DNA of 64,000 bases, from contig JBHGNT010000003.1 in the NCBI GenBank assembly GCA_043228905.1, positions 8,370,001 to 8,434,000 on the forward strand, written 5' to 3'. The notes beneath the pieces are model-generated. The model saw nothing but the letters and a program-made list of their open reading frames with translations, did not search any database and was not told the origin of the DNA. Origin of the DNA: Azolla caroliniana (taxonomy: Eukaryota; Plantae; Polypodiophyta). Positions within the stretch are counted from its first letter, which is position 1. Each line of letters starts with the position of its first letter. This document shows, one piece after another, positions 1 to 12,336 of this stretch. Both the position numbers and the translations under genes were made by a program.

Positions 1-1019
1 TGTTCAGATATCTGGCTGGCACAAAAGACCACGGCATTCTTTTCGGTCCGAACCGAACCTCAGGCGTAGTCGGTTACACCGACTCGGACTTCGCCGGCTG
101 TATAGACAGTCGGAAATCAACAACCGGATACTGCTTCAAATTCGGCAATGGAGCAATTTCGTGGAAGTCGAAACTTCAGGAGTGCACAGCGACCTCAACG
201 ACCGAAGCAGAATATGTAGCTGCGTCCGACGTAGCAAAAGAAGCCTTATGGCTCGGTCGGCTGGCGCACACGTTTCGGCAAGTCGATCATGACTCGGCCC
301 CAGTTGTCTATAGCGACAGTCAAGGTGCTGTTGCCTTGTCGAAAAATCCGGTTCACCACAACGCCTCCAAACATATCGACGTTCGATATCACTTCGTTCG
401 GGACTGCGTCATTTCAGGGAAAATCGGTCTAGAGAAAATATCCACAACCGACAATGTCGCAGATGGAATGACCAAGTGTCTTTCGGCAGACCGCTTTCGG
501 TCTCTTCGGCATCAGATGGGCGTAACGACAAACCAGTCCGGTTAGAGCCGGACACAGAGCAGGATGGTTCCCGACAACCGACATCAGTTCCTTAATGATC
601 GGCTTCAACTGTTCCGACCCGACCAGTTCGGTCTTCTGCCTTCGGACCCTGCCGACTCGAACAAAGCTGATATGTCCGAGAACCTAAGTCTATACCTGTA
701 ATCTTAGATAACCCATGTATACGCCCATTACGGGGGAGTGTCGAATACATGTGTATAATGGACGTATTCACACTATCCCGAATGGCCATTTATGTAATTA
801 GCATAAAGGGTAGTTGCCCTAAGTCGGTCACTATATATAGTGACCTTGTAACCTTTTTGTAAGGTTGGGTGTTGTATTATTGCTTTATGGAATAAGAAAG
901 AGTCTTGTGTGTGTCTCTCTCTCTCTCTCTGTGCAACGACCTACAAATTGTCATACGCAGGTACTCAACAGCAATCGAATGCTTCTTGATCTTCCGCATA
1001 GACGACCTCGTCTCCAACA
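1..1019 (+). mobile_element. 3' end of Tnt1-like Ty1/copia element (CopA'): RT end/RNase H, PPT, 3' LTR 739-1019
   Basis: GYTDSDFAG...SWKSKLQ...SKHIDVRYHFVRD, stop at 545. PPT GGGGGAG 732-738. LTR TGTCG...CCAACA is homologous to the LTR at 32828-33179. Gypsy RT sequence resumes at 1020. Confidence 0.9.
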
Positions 1020-3935
1020 AGAAGGTGCTACAAAGACTCAAGAGCGCGCGGCTCACCTTCTCCAGAGAAAAATCAGCATTCGGACACCTGTGTGGGCCCT
1101 ATGGCCGGAAATTGTCCCCAGCAAAGGTAGAAGCCATCTCCGTGATGAAGGACGATTGCGGGTCGGTTACGGAGGTCCGCAGATTCTTGGGTGCGTGCGC
1201 GTTCTACCACATCTGGATTCCGCACTACGAACATGTCGCGGAACCGCTCTATGGGCTATTGAAGACAGGGCGTAGGTTCGAGTGGAGGACGGAGCACACA
1301 GAGTCGGTCCGGAGGCTGAAGGAGGCGCTTGCTGCGGCACCGGCTCTCCGAAGAGCGGTTTACGGCAAGGAAGTCCCCATCTACGTGACGGTGGACACGA
1401 GCCCGACAGGGATCGGGTGGGTGATCAATCAGGAGGACAAGGACGGCGTACGGTTCCCGATCCGTTTCGGGGCGAAGGTATTGAGCGAGCGGCAGCGAGG
1501 ATACACCCAAGTTAAGCGCGAGTTGTGGGGTATCGTTTCGGTAGTCAAGGCCGACAAGGACTATCTGATCGGGACGGAAGTCATCATCGAGACGGATTGC
1601 TTACCAATTCTAGGTATGGTCTCCGGATGCACGACTCCAGACCTAGCGATGCTCAGGTGGATCTCATACATCAAGTCCCTGAACCGGGAGATACGACACA
1701 TCTCCGAGAAAGATAATGCCATGGCCAATATGCTTTCAAGGGCGCGGTTCAGTGACAAGGACGGCATGGTTTCGGATAACGAGGAAGTCGGCGAGGATTT
1801 CTTCAGGTCAGACAACGTAACAACAAGAAAGGGGAGCACTCCGGCGCTTAACAAATTCGACGAGAGCAAGTACGATGGGGAGTGGCTCCAGATCGGTGGG
1901 TTCCTGAAGGCAATGACACCGGACGCGACATGGATGAAGGAAGCGGCCAACCGGATTCAGAAGAAAGCGTACCGATTCTTTCTACAGGACGGGAGCATAT
2001 GGAAGCACCCGAAGAAGAGAGACGGCATCCCGCTCCGCGTGGTGGCGAAGAAAGAGGAACAGGAAGAATTGTTGACGGCGTACCACGAGAGTCCCTAGGC
2101 CAGACACCCCGGGACGTGGGTCACATTCGAGAAGCTGAAGGGGAAGTACTAGTGGCCGGGACTATACCGGGACGTGCATCGGTTCGTGATGACTTGCGAA
2201 AGCTATTAGGTGCACTCCATAGTCCGACATCGGCATGAGCTCTACCCGACCTACCCTCCGACCGTCCACTTCAAGTGGATGGTGGATCTAGTGACGATGC
2301 TGATGGGGGTAGGGCAGATGCGGTATCTGGTGTTGGCTCGGGAGGACCTGATGATGCAGGTGGAAGGCCGAGCGTTGCAGAGCAAAACGACTACGGCCGT
2401 GTGCCGATTTCTGATCGAAGAAGTGGTATGCCAGTACGGGTGCGTAGGTAAGATCATGGCTGACCGCGGGGAATTGGACGCGCAAGAGGCGGAAGAGTTG
2501 TTTGACCGGCTAGGAATTAAACTCTCGCTCACCACAACGTACAATCCGGAGGCTAATGGGAAGGTGGAGCGCGGACACGGGCCGATCGTCAAAGCGTTGG
2601 TACGGGCGTGTGGAGGCCATGTCGAGAACTGGCCGTGGCTCTTACCCTATGCGTTGTGGGCGGACTGAACTACGCATAGTTCGGTAACCGGCTTCATGCC
2701 GGTAGAGCTAATGTACGGGCAGAAGCCGATCATGCCAACGGAGCAGAAAATCTCCTCATGAGCCACGGTGGACTGGAACAACGAGATGAGCTGGGAGGAG
2801 CTATTAGCGGCATGGATTCGGCAGCTGGAATGAAGACCGGAGGACGTGGACTGAGCCGCGGAGAAACTACGGATGGGGAGGGTAAAGAACAAAGGACGGT
2901 TCGACCGGACTCACTGACTAAGCTTGAAGAAGATCGAGGAAGGCGACTGGGTTCTAGTGTATGACAGCAGCCTCGACAACCAGTATCGGGCAACACGGAA
3001 GTTTGCAAGAAGGTGGTTCAGGCCTTACGCGGTGACGAGCGCCAACGACAATGGGACCTACCATCTCGCAGAGCTCGATGAGACAAGGATGGCGGTACCG
3101 GTGCCGGGGAAAAGGATCAAAGCATTCAAAAAGCGGCACGAGGCTGAACCAGACCCAGACGACCTGGATAGCGACAACGACCGGCTCGGAACGGATGCCG
3201 ATCCGAAAGACGAAGGATAAGCGTGGGCCGGTCTTCTCCGGCAAGAGCCTAATTTTGGCGCATACCAATGGATGCGCGGTTAGGTGGGGGCGGATGTCAT
3301 GGAGAAAACCGTCCCTAGGCGGAAACCGGGTATAACGTGCGTAATCCAGCCCTTACACATGGGCACAAGTTTTGTTGTATAGTACGTAGGTAGGTACAAG
3401 TCGCCTGAGGCGAAATCCTAGGTAGTACGCGTTCGGTAGGGAGGAAATCAAGGTGTATCCCTGTCCGAAAGGACAAGGAATAAACATGATTTAACGAGTG
3501 GTAACGGCCTCCCTCCTTGGGTTATAAAAGAGAGGGAGAAGTGAGAGAAATGTATCGTGTTTTTGGGAGCGAGGAAGGGTTGTCGGACCGGGACCGAGCT
3601 CTCTCCTCCATCGTTTGACATTCTCTACAGGATTTCGGACTGTGTTGCCTCTGCTTCGTGGACAGCCCGTGTGCTTCCGGTAGAGGCTCCACTGTGCAGT
3701 TGGGTTGAGTGCGTACGTGAGCATCGTGTGTATGTGTGTGTGTCCGCCTGGGTTGGGTCCGTCGCCGGCTTGTCGGTTGTAATCATTGTCGATTGTAATT
3801 AAGACTTTGTTCTCTGTCTCTTTCCTTCTCTGTGTTTCAGCTGCTCTCTCTCTCTCCCCTCTTTCTCACGCCCCTTGGTTCAAGACCCCCGTGGTCCCGC
3901 CTCTTTCCGAACGTGAAGAGCGTAACAACACGACA
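1020..3935 (+). mobile_element. Degenerate GypW Ty3/gypsy element 1: RT C-term, RNase H, integrase, PPT, 3' LTR 3295-3935
   Basis: Colinear with pol at 19950-22173 (VTVDTSPTGIG, ETDCLPIL, ADRGEL, NPEANGKVER) but with stops. PPT GGTTAGGTGGGGGCGGA, then TGTCA...CACGACA. Right flank ACAG. Confidence 0.9.
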
Positions 3936-4789
3936 ACAGATTGACGGAAACAAGAGATTCTATTACAATAACAGTGGCAATTACAATGGTTGCAACCCCG
4001 TAGAGAATGATGATAGAGGAAGACAGAGCTCGGTTCCCAGTCCGACAGCACCTCCTCCTTCCCTCCCCCAAAAATGTAATACCCTTCTCCTATCCCCCTT
4101 CCCTCACCGAGGAGGCCATTACATCAAAACACGTCAACATTATTCTCTGTCCCTTCATATTAGAGATCTAGGTACTAAAGTAAGCTTAAGATAAGGATAA
4201 AGTAATGATAGATAGAAAGGAGAAAGAGAAAGAAGGGTGCCGATCCACCCGACCACCATCGAGCGAAGGGATCGAGACGGACTCGAGCCTCAATCGGCGT
4301 CCCATACCACCGTTGTGGCATCGAGTCGTACCTGGTGCTGGCGCGCTCGCTACAAGAGTTGACCCACAACAAGAGTAGAGCCTCAATGTAGTCAAAAGAT
4401 GATCAAATGAGGGTAGCTAGGCCTCTTATTTATAGCGATACCCAAGGCCCCCAGGCAAGTTCACACTTGACCTAATGGGTTGTCTCAATCCCGAGGATTA
4501 AAAGTAATCCTCCCCTTCTTTACACTCTCGTTTAACCCTCACACTTATCCACGTGTATAGAATACTACAGTAAATTCTCACCACGGGATATTATATGGTC
4601 ATGCCCGTAACACTTCAGACAGAGATACGCATTGATTTCCTAACTAATAAATATGTCACACTTAGTATATTTACATCAGCTGTCCTATTCCTAGTTATGT
4701 ACAATGTATCAATTTGTGCACACTCGTGCAAGGGCGGGTTCACGCCTTTAATTCCTTGATTCCTCTTCGGGCCGGTTTTCTTCACGACA
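3936..4789 (-). mobile_element. Minus-strand GypW LTR (5' part), split by the solo LTR at 4075-4612 and truncated by element 1
   Basis: Reverse complement starts TGTCGTGAAGAAAACC at 4789. Both pieces align to the 3295-3935 LTR (aggaaatcaa..gtatc.ctgtc.gaa; tgtcggac.ggg.accgagctct). Flank ACGG lies in CopA. Confidence 0.75.
4075..4612 (-). mobile_element. Solo LTR (538 bp), chromovirus-like termini
   Basis: Minus strand TGTTACGGG...GGGTATTACA with a CTATAAATA TATA box. No PBS, PPT or TSD. Confidence 0.65.
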
Positions 4790-5883
4790 ACGGTAGAGCT
4801 CAACCTTGCGGGTGTCTCTACATTAGTACTATGCAATGTCTGACATGTACCTGAGCTCTCAAGACTACTGATCTCAGTCGGACAATTGGATGAAGACGGC
4901 ATCGGTGTCGGCTTCTCATCAGGAGGGTGGACGCTCCATAGAGGGAACCTCCTACTTGCTCGAGGACCGAAGATACACACATTGTATCCTTGCACGTCAC
5001 ACTTAGAGAGGGTGACCTATTTTTGGTTGACATTCCCGTGTCATCCCTGGCACAGATGACTCGGACACCTCAACAAGGCTGGCATCACACACTTATCTAG
5101 AACCAGATACATCCCCAAATTATCCTTCTCAAATCATCAATTCTGCGAGCATTGCCAATACAGCAAGCAGATAGCCGTAACACGCTCTTCATCTACCTCG
5201 AGAGAATCGAGTCCGCTCGATTTGGTCCACTCGGACATATGTGATCCTATGCCACATCAATCTCTCGGCGGTGTTTTGTATTTCGTCAGCTTCATTGACG
5301 ACTCGACTTAGAAGGTGTGGGCTTATCCGATTAAAACCAAAGATCGTGTTTTCTCGATCTTTTCCGATTGGCTCGCCATGGTTGAGAATCAGTCCGGCCG
5401 AAAACTGAAAAGCTTTCTGTCTGATAACGAGGGAGAGTTCAAATCAGAGGAATTAGTCAAATTTTGCCGACAACCCGCCATACGATGTGAATTTACGGCA
5501 CCTCATAGTCCGGAGCAGAATGGAATTGCCGACTGAATGAATTGGACAATTCAAGAACGGATAGTTTCCATGCTCAAACACTCTGGACTGTCGGATGGCT
5601 TTTGGGCAAAGGCCCTACTTACGATAGTACACATAATCAATATGTCGTCAAGTAGGCCTCTAGGACTTCGGATACCTTAGAAATTATGGACCGGCAGTAA
5701 GCCGAATTACGACAAGTTGAGGATTTTCAGATGTGAGGCGTATGCCCTCGTCCCGAAAGATGATCGCCGCAAACTTGCACCACGGTTCAGGAAATGTATT
5801 TTCCTCGGTTATGGAATAGATGGTGAAATGGGATACTAACTCTGGGACCCCAAACACAAACAGATCGTCTGAAGTTCGGACGT
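4790..5883 (+). pseudogene. CopA copia pol fragment: protease end, GAG-pre-integrase, integrase
   Basis: HVPELSRLLISVGQLD, WHR*LGH, CEHCQYSKQ, DLVHSD, TAPHSPEQNGIA, ending ...SSDV. Confidence 0.85.
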
Positions 5884-5939
5884 TGTCGTGAAAATCCGTC
5901 ACTATGAGCAGATCATGAGGCGGAACCGTCGAGGTTATG

Positions 5940-6372
5940 GACGGAAAGGAAATAGGGCTTACACGCACAACACAAGGAAGTCTTACACAAACAAGGCACG
6001 AGTATTCGAACGTGTTTGTGAAAAGGAGAGGTGCATGGGCAAGCCCGAATCAACCCCTAGTCACAAGGTGAACGAAGGCACGTGAGGAAGGCTTACACAC
6101 GGACACACAAGGAAAAGGCTTACTTACACACACAAGAGACAGAGTTTCGAATGCCTTTGTGAAAAGAGAGGTGCATGGGCAAGCCCGAACACTCCCTTGT
6201 TACAAAACACGTGAATACACAAGCAAGGTTTATACACGGGAGACACAATTTCAAACGCCTTTGTGAAAGGAGAGGTGCATGGGCCAGCCCGAATGCTCCC
6301 TTGCCACAAGTCGCACGAACACACAAGCAAGGTTTACACACAAGAGAAACAATTTCGAACGCCTTTGTGAAA
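5940..6372. repeat. ~104-bp degenerate tandem repeat (about 4 units) in an LTR remnant
   Basis: gagaggtgcatgggc.agcccgaa recurs at ~6026, 6167 and 6270; a partial unit ends at ~6372. Confidence 0.8.
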
Positions 6373-7994
6373 TTCCCTCTTCATCCGCTTTTTGTCTTTT
6401 ACGTTTGATAAGATCGACGATGGTCTCATGGAACTCCTTTGCAATTCCAAGTAGTTCTCTCAATGTAAGGTCAATACGGCTATCAAGCACTCTTTCGTCA
6501 AGAACATTTCTTAAGTTAGTTGTTTGTTCAATATCCGACCTTAATTTGTATGTTGGCGTCGATCTATCCTTCCCCTTCTTGGCATTCTCTTCAATGGGTT
6601 GAGTTGGTTCCTCGGCTCTCTTGTTTGAGCTTCCATCTTCGTGACGTGTGGTCTTGATCATTTCTTCCTTCTTCTTAAAGCTTCTTGTGTCATGTTTCTT
6701 AGAAGGGCCTTCATCTAGATCCGTCCTCTTCCGCTTCTCATCCACAAACATTTTGTGGGTTTCGCATATGACCTCTATGGAGATCGTGTTGTTATCAACT
6801 AGATCCGCCCACCCAGTAAAGTCTCGTACATGAAGGTTGGCTAGCTTTGCATCATCCGAATTAATCTTCCCTTTTTTTCGTATTCGAGGATGGTCGGCTA
6901 AAACCCCGTTCCCGGTTTAATCATTCCAAGCTTCTCCTTCCCGATTCTTATACCGGCGGATGCGGCATAGTGTATAGCTTCAACATGGCTAGCATCAGCC
7001 TCATCCATGATTTTCCTTAGACCCCCCCTACCGAAATTCACTTGCAAGGGCTTTCGAGTCTCACGTGAGTGGATAATGTTGCCTTCCATGTAGACGAGGT
7101 TTTGTCGAATTGCCTCTTGAAGGCTAGCACAATCTTTCCTTGCATGATCTACACTATCACACCATACACATCTATATGGTTCTTTCCCCTTCGCCCCTCT
7201 ACAACTCATATTAGCTAACGAAATCGCTTCGAATTTTTGTGCCAACTCTTCAATGGCAGAGTTCTCCATCGCTTTTTTGGTTGGCTCGCTTTGCTTTGTC
7301 ATCTCAGTTGCTATTGGAACCTTCCTTCTTTGGACTATCGGGCCCGCCATGTCGGAATCATCTAGCCATCGACGACGTTTGTCAAATCGATCACATGCTC
7401 TTCTTACCGCAACCCAATCCGTTATAAGACCATTGGGTTGTGCTTCATCTTCTAATAGACTACCTAGTTCTCATCTATCTTTTGCATTCACCACCTTTAA
7501 AAAGTACAAAACTTTATCTCCTTCGAGAAGTGTTTGGTTGGTTCTCGGGAGACGGTTTTACATTTGGTCAAATTCGGTGTACACTCCCGATGTGTTCATG
7601 TTCTTCCCCTTCTTCTCGATCCACATCATCAACGTATGACAAGTCATCCTCGACGCATCTTCAAGCATATATTCAGCCAAAAGCGCCCTTTCAAATCCCA
7701 CCCATGTTGTTTGGGCGGCTTGAATCTCCCTTATACGACCTTGTAACCCAACAGCTACAACACGCTTGAAGCTTGATATTTGCCTCTCTTCAATGACATC
7801 ATGTTGTTCATCTCCGTCTTGTATGTAACGAGAAAATCCGTAATGTTTCTTCCACCAAATTGGCCCGCTATCTCAACGGTTCGGTCGATGGCCTTGTCTA
7901 AGCTTGCAACATTATCTCGAGCTCTCATCATATGCTCGACAATATCCACCAACTTTGCCACTTCATCAGCTTGGGTGTTTGATGAAGAAGCCAT
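6372..7994 (-). pseudogene. GypW element 3 gag (disrupted, pol absent)
   Basis: MASSSN...GQFGGRNITDFL, knuckle CVWCDSVDHARKDC, HVEAIHYAASAGIRIG, LTLRELLGIAKEFHETIVDLIKRKR. Homologous to gag at 16558-18267. Confidence 0.85.
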
Positions 7995-8038
7995 CTTTTA
8001 ATCTTCTATTTCAAGCACTTGATCCTTCCTACCACCTC

Positions 8039-8056
8039 TTCACGTTGGGTTCACCA
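8039..8056 (-). promoter_or_regulatory. Primer binding site, tRNA-Trp
   Basis: Minus strand TGGTGAACCCAACGTGAA, 8 nt after the LTR end at 8065. Confidence 0.8.
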
Positions 8057-9072
8057 CTTGATTATGTCGTGAAAATCCGCCAGCTAGTGCGGATCGTGAG
8101 GCGGAACCGCTGGGGTTCTGGACCAGAAGGATTTAGGGTTGAATGATTCATGCACTTTAAGTTTTAAGACAAGATATTTCCCTCAAATAAGAGTAAGATA
8201 GTATGAGAAAATGAATAATACTTAATTATATTAATGCATAAACAAATCTTCGAGTAAGAGAGTATGCAAGATCGAATAATGATTAATTATGCTTATGAGT
8301 AAGAACGCTTAGAGTAAGAGAGTATGAATAGCACTAAATTATATCTATACGTAAGCAAAACTTAAATTAAGAGAGTATGAGAGAGGAAATATAGAGAGTT
8401 TTTATTACTAAATCATCCATATAATGGACTTTTTTTGATACTTTTTTTTTTTATATCCCCCTTTAGGGTTAAGAGTATGAGAGAGGAAACATAAATCTTT
8501 TCTTCTTCAAATCCCTATCCATCTCTCCCCCTCCTTCTTAAGAATAGCTCTTATTTATAGGGTTTCTATGGCTTGCTTTATTTTTCTCCTAAACATAAGC
8601 TTGTCTATATGAATCGCATTGTATTTCTATCTGTACTGGAATGGGAGGCAAGAGTGATTGCAATGCAGCGGAAGAAGATTAAGAGTGTGTGTGTGTGTGA
8701 GGCAACAGAGGGGGAGAGAGAGAGAGAGAGAGAGCTCCTAAGGCAGAGATAGAAAAATTGTATATTAACCAAAAAATACATCAAACATAAAACATCCAAC
8801 AATCACTAAGTTACAATGCGTTGGTTTATATACCAACTAAGCTAGGGCAAGTGCCCTTCCTACTATTTACAAAACTAGCCCAACATGTCCATGAGCTAGT
8901 GTGAAACCTGTCTATGGGAAGTTGAGTTCGACTCTCAACACGCCCCTTCGAACGCAACTTCCATCTATCGAAAAGTTGTTTCGGTCTTCGGAGTACTTCG
9001 ATTTAAGGAATCGGATTCCGACTTTATTGCTTTACGCTTTTTTTTTATTGTGTGTTGCGTATGTTGTCCGTG

Positions 9073-10475
9073 CTACGTATGCGTACTCCCCCTCAAGCTC
9101 AGCAATGTAGATGTCGTGAGACCAAGGTCCAATGCAAATTTCCCAAGCTTGTCAACGCCGAGAGCTTTCGTAAAACTATTAGTAACCTGGAGGTGCATAC
9201 TGATGTGTTGTAGGTCGAGCTCTCCGGCCTGTACACACTCGCGGATGAAGTGGTAGTGGACTTCGATATGCTTAGTCCGGGCATGGAATACGGGATTCCG
9301 TGCCAGGTAGATATTGCTCATGTTGTTGCAGTAGAGGTGAATTGGATCCTTGATGGGTACCCCAGATCCTTTAGTACGTGTTTGAGCCGGACGGCTTCGC
9401 ATGCGGCGACTGTTGCACCCCTGTATTCGGCTTCCGTGCTCGATAGTGCGATTGTCGGCTGCTTCTAACTACTCCAGGAGAGCTCCGCTACCAAGAGAGA
9501 AGATGAATCCGGATGTGGATCTCTTGTCCACTTTATATCCTGCCCAGTCTGCATCTGTGTACCCTTCGAGTCGAATGATCACATTCGTCTTGTACATAAT
9601 GTCATAGTCCATTGTCGTACCGACATACCAAAGTATCCTCTTAGCGCAATCCAGATGAAGATTTCGTGGATTCTGCATAAACTGGCTAAGTAGGCCAACC
9701 GAATAACTGAGATCGGGTTGTGTAATGGTCAGATAGATCAAACTACCGATTAGTTGTCGATACGGAGTCGGCTCGCTCTCAGCGGTTCCGGAACTGGCAT
9801 CGATCTTGAGATTACGATCAAGACGGGTAGACACAAGCTTGCACTTGGTCATTCCGAACTTGTAGAGTAAGTTGAGAATGTAGTGCCGTTGAGAGATTAT
9901 TATTCCAACTGGTGTCCGAATTACTTCAATACCTAGGAAGTAATGGAGCTCGTGTAAGACTTTCATTTCGAATCTGCCGAAAAGAAGTGATTTGATTTTG
10001 TTAATCTCGGCGAGATCCTTTCCTCCGATGACCAAATCATCCACATACAGGATGATGATGATCAGGCTATCCGACTCGTTTCAGATGTACAAAGAGGTGT
10101 TGGATTTTGACATCCGAAATCTGACTTGGTGAAGATACTGTGTGATTTTCGAGTGCCAAGCACGTGGTGCTTGTTTGAGGCCGTAGAGTGGCTTCTTGAG
10201 TTGGCATACGGCGTACGGATGCTTACGTGATTCGAATCCGGGTGGTTGTATCATGTACATCTCTTCTTCTAACTCTCCTTGGAGGAAAGCATTTTTCACG
10301 TCCATCTGGTGGAGGTGCCATCCCTTCGCTGCTGCGAGTACAATTACTGTTCGTACAGTTGTCATCTTTGCCACCGGGGCAAAGGTCTCTTCGTAGTCTA
10401 TGCCATGCGTTTGCGCGTAGCCTTTCACAACGAACCGTGCTTTGAAGCGATTTACGGATCCGTCGGCATTGTATT
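9073..10475 (-). pseudogene. CopB RT/RNase H (degenerate)
   Basis: KYNADGSVNRFKAR, HQMDVKNAFLQG, LYGLKQAPRAW, YVDDLV, YTDADWAG, ARTKHIEVHYHFIRE. Confidence 0.9.
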
Positions 10476-12336
10476 TGTCATGATATGGCAAGACTCGAAC
10501 AAGCTTATGCTACATGGGTCGAGCTCTTACCATTAGACTATGCATTGTAATACGAAAGATATTATTTTCATTTAAGTTTTATTATAGGAAATTGATGTAT
10601 ATTCTAGAGTTCTCTAGAACATTCTAGAAACTTCAGGAGTACTCCTGAGAACACTATAAAAGGTGGCACAAGGCATTATTTCGAACCAAATCGGTTCAAC
10701 GTCAGTCTTAAGCCTCCTACCTACTATTGTAAACTCTCTTCACATAATATATATCTTTTATCATCATTCTCTCTCACCCTTTCTCTCTCTATCTCTCTCT
10801 CTCTCTCTCACTCTTTCCTTCTATCGAGAGTTCTACACCTCTCTTAGTACTAATCCTCATCTTTTAATACTAATTCCTTCTCTGTCTTAGTATTGATCCT
10901 GATAGTTTGAACCAATTTTCCTCTTCCTTTTATCTTCTTACATATTCCCTTCATATTAATCCTCTTATCCTCCCTAGTAAAATGGAAATTGTTAGTGCTC
11001 AGGAATACCAAACTGTTTTCTCGGAACTCTAGTGCTTAAAAGAGAAATTTGTAGCACTAGAATAAGAAAATCAAATAGCGCTGGAAAAACAACAACACGG
11101 GGAGTTGACATTACGTGTACAACAACTCGAAGCGACTATCATATCATTTCAACAACAAGGATCAAGCACTCAAGGGATTCACAAAGAACCCAAGATCGGT
11201 CTTCCTGCAAAATTTGATGGGACCCAATCACAATTTAGAGGTTTTTTTAATCAGGTACGTTTAGTGATACAAATGCATCAGTCTCGATATCCCACCGATG
11301 CATCACGAGTGGGACTAGTAGGCACTCTCCTTAGTGGCTCAGCGTTAGCATGGTTTGCTCCATTGTTGGAAAAGAAATCTCCATTACTAAAAAATTTTGA
11401 AGAATTTATAAGTGAGTTTAAGGCCTGTTTTGGAGATACTAACAGCATAAGGACTGCAATCAACAAAATCCGGCGATTATGCCAAGGTGACCGTCCAGCC
11501 TCTGCATACGCTGTAGATTTCTGCCTACTCGCTGTCGATAACCCTTAGGATGATCAAGCATTGATGGAGCAATTTCGTTATGGTTTACGCAACGATGTTG
11601 AGGATTTACTCTTGACCTTCCCCGAAGAGCCAAAGTCATTAATAGAAGCAATCAATCACACAGTGAGATGCGACAACCGCCTCTTCGAACGACGTTCAGA
11701 ATGACAATTCCAAATGCTGAGGGCAAGATGAGAGCCCACCTACGCCTCAGTGGTAGCGAAACCTTTTCCAAGGGAGTCATATAATGCACCTCTAGTGAAT
11801 ACTCCGACTCCGATGGAGATTGACACTACACGTTGTCGAGGGCCATTATCCGAAGAAGAAAAGCAGCGACGCCAAGCAAATCGACTATGTCTTTATTGGG
11901 GTGGACCAGGGCATATTGTAGTAAATTGTCCCCATAGGCCAAGAAGATAGGTAAACCAAATAGTTGCTAGTTCTAATTGTACTAAATCCGAGTCTATTTC
12001 AATAGGAATATCTTATAGTCCTAATAGTACTAATAGCCCAGATCCAACGAACAAATTTGATGTCCTTAGTCAGTTAGAAGAAGAGTTAAACGACTAAGTC
12101 TAGCCAAAATAGGAGCCGTTTGGTTGGACAGCCCTAGATCTGTGTAGCCCATTAGTGGTTCCATTCCCTCTAAGCAAGTTAGCAATGTATTCGTAGCCCA
12201 AGTAACAGTTAGTACTAAAAGTACCCCTCCAGTACATGTCTTAGCACTTCTAGATTCCAGAGCTAATTCTTGCTTCATGGATAGGAATTTTGCCCAAGCT
12301 CATCAGATATCTCTCAGAAAACTCCCGTGTCCAACC
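10476..12336 (+). mobile_element. 5' part of Tcn1/Sushi(PEG10)-like chromovirus: LTR 10476-10904, gag ~10982-12097, start of protease
   Basis: TGTCATGA start, TATA 10655-10660. Gag motifs EPKIGLPAKFDG, GSALAW, QFRYGL, PTPMEID, CLYWGGPGHIVVNC. Protease ALLDSRANSCFMD in the -1 frame. Truncated at ~12336. Confidence 0.85.
12085..12136 (+). promoter_or_regulatory. -1 ribosomal frameshift signal (G TTA AAC plus stem/pseudoknot)
   Basis: Heptamer in gag frame two codons before the gag stop. 6-nt spacer, then an 11-bp stem 12098-12108/12119-12129. Protease is in the -1 frame. Confidence 0.75.

Noticed and set aside
3878-3890. B-box-like GGTTCAAGACCC in GypW U5 (tRNA/SINE?)
   Set aside because: No A box or cloverleaf; not retained in element 4.
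5940-6372. Repeat arrays here and at 13455-13670, 36666-36795 and 38260-39090 as CRISPR-like
   Set aside because: Head-to-tail degenerate units with no unique spacers and no cas genes; eukaryotic context.
11105-11950. PEG10/RTL-like domesticated gag gene
   Set aside because: It sits behind an LTR, has several in-frame stops and is truncated: an ordinary Tcn1-like retrotransposon.
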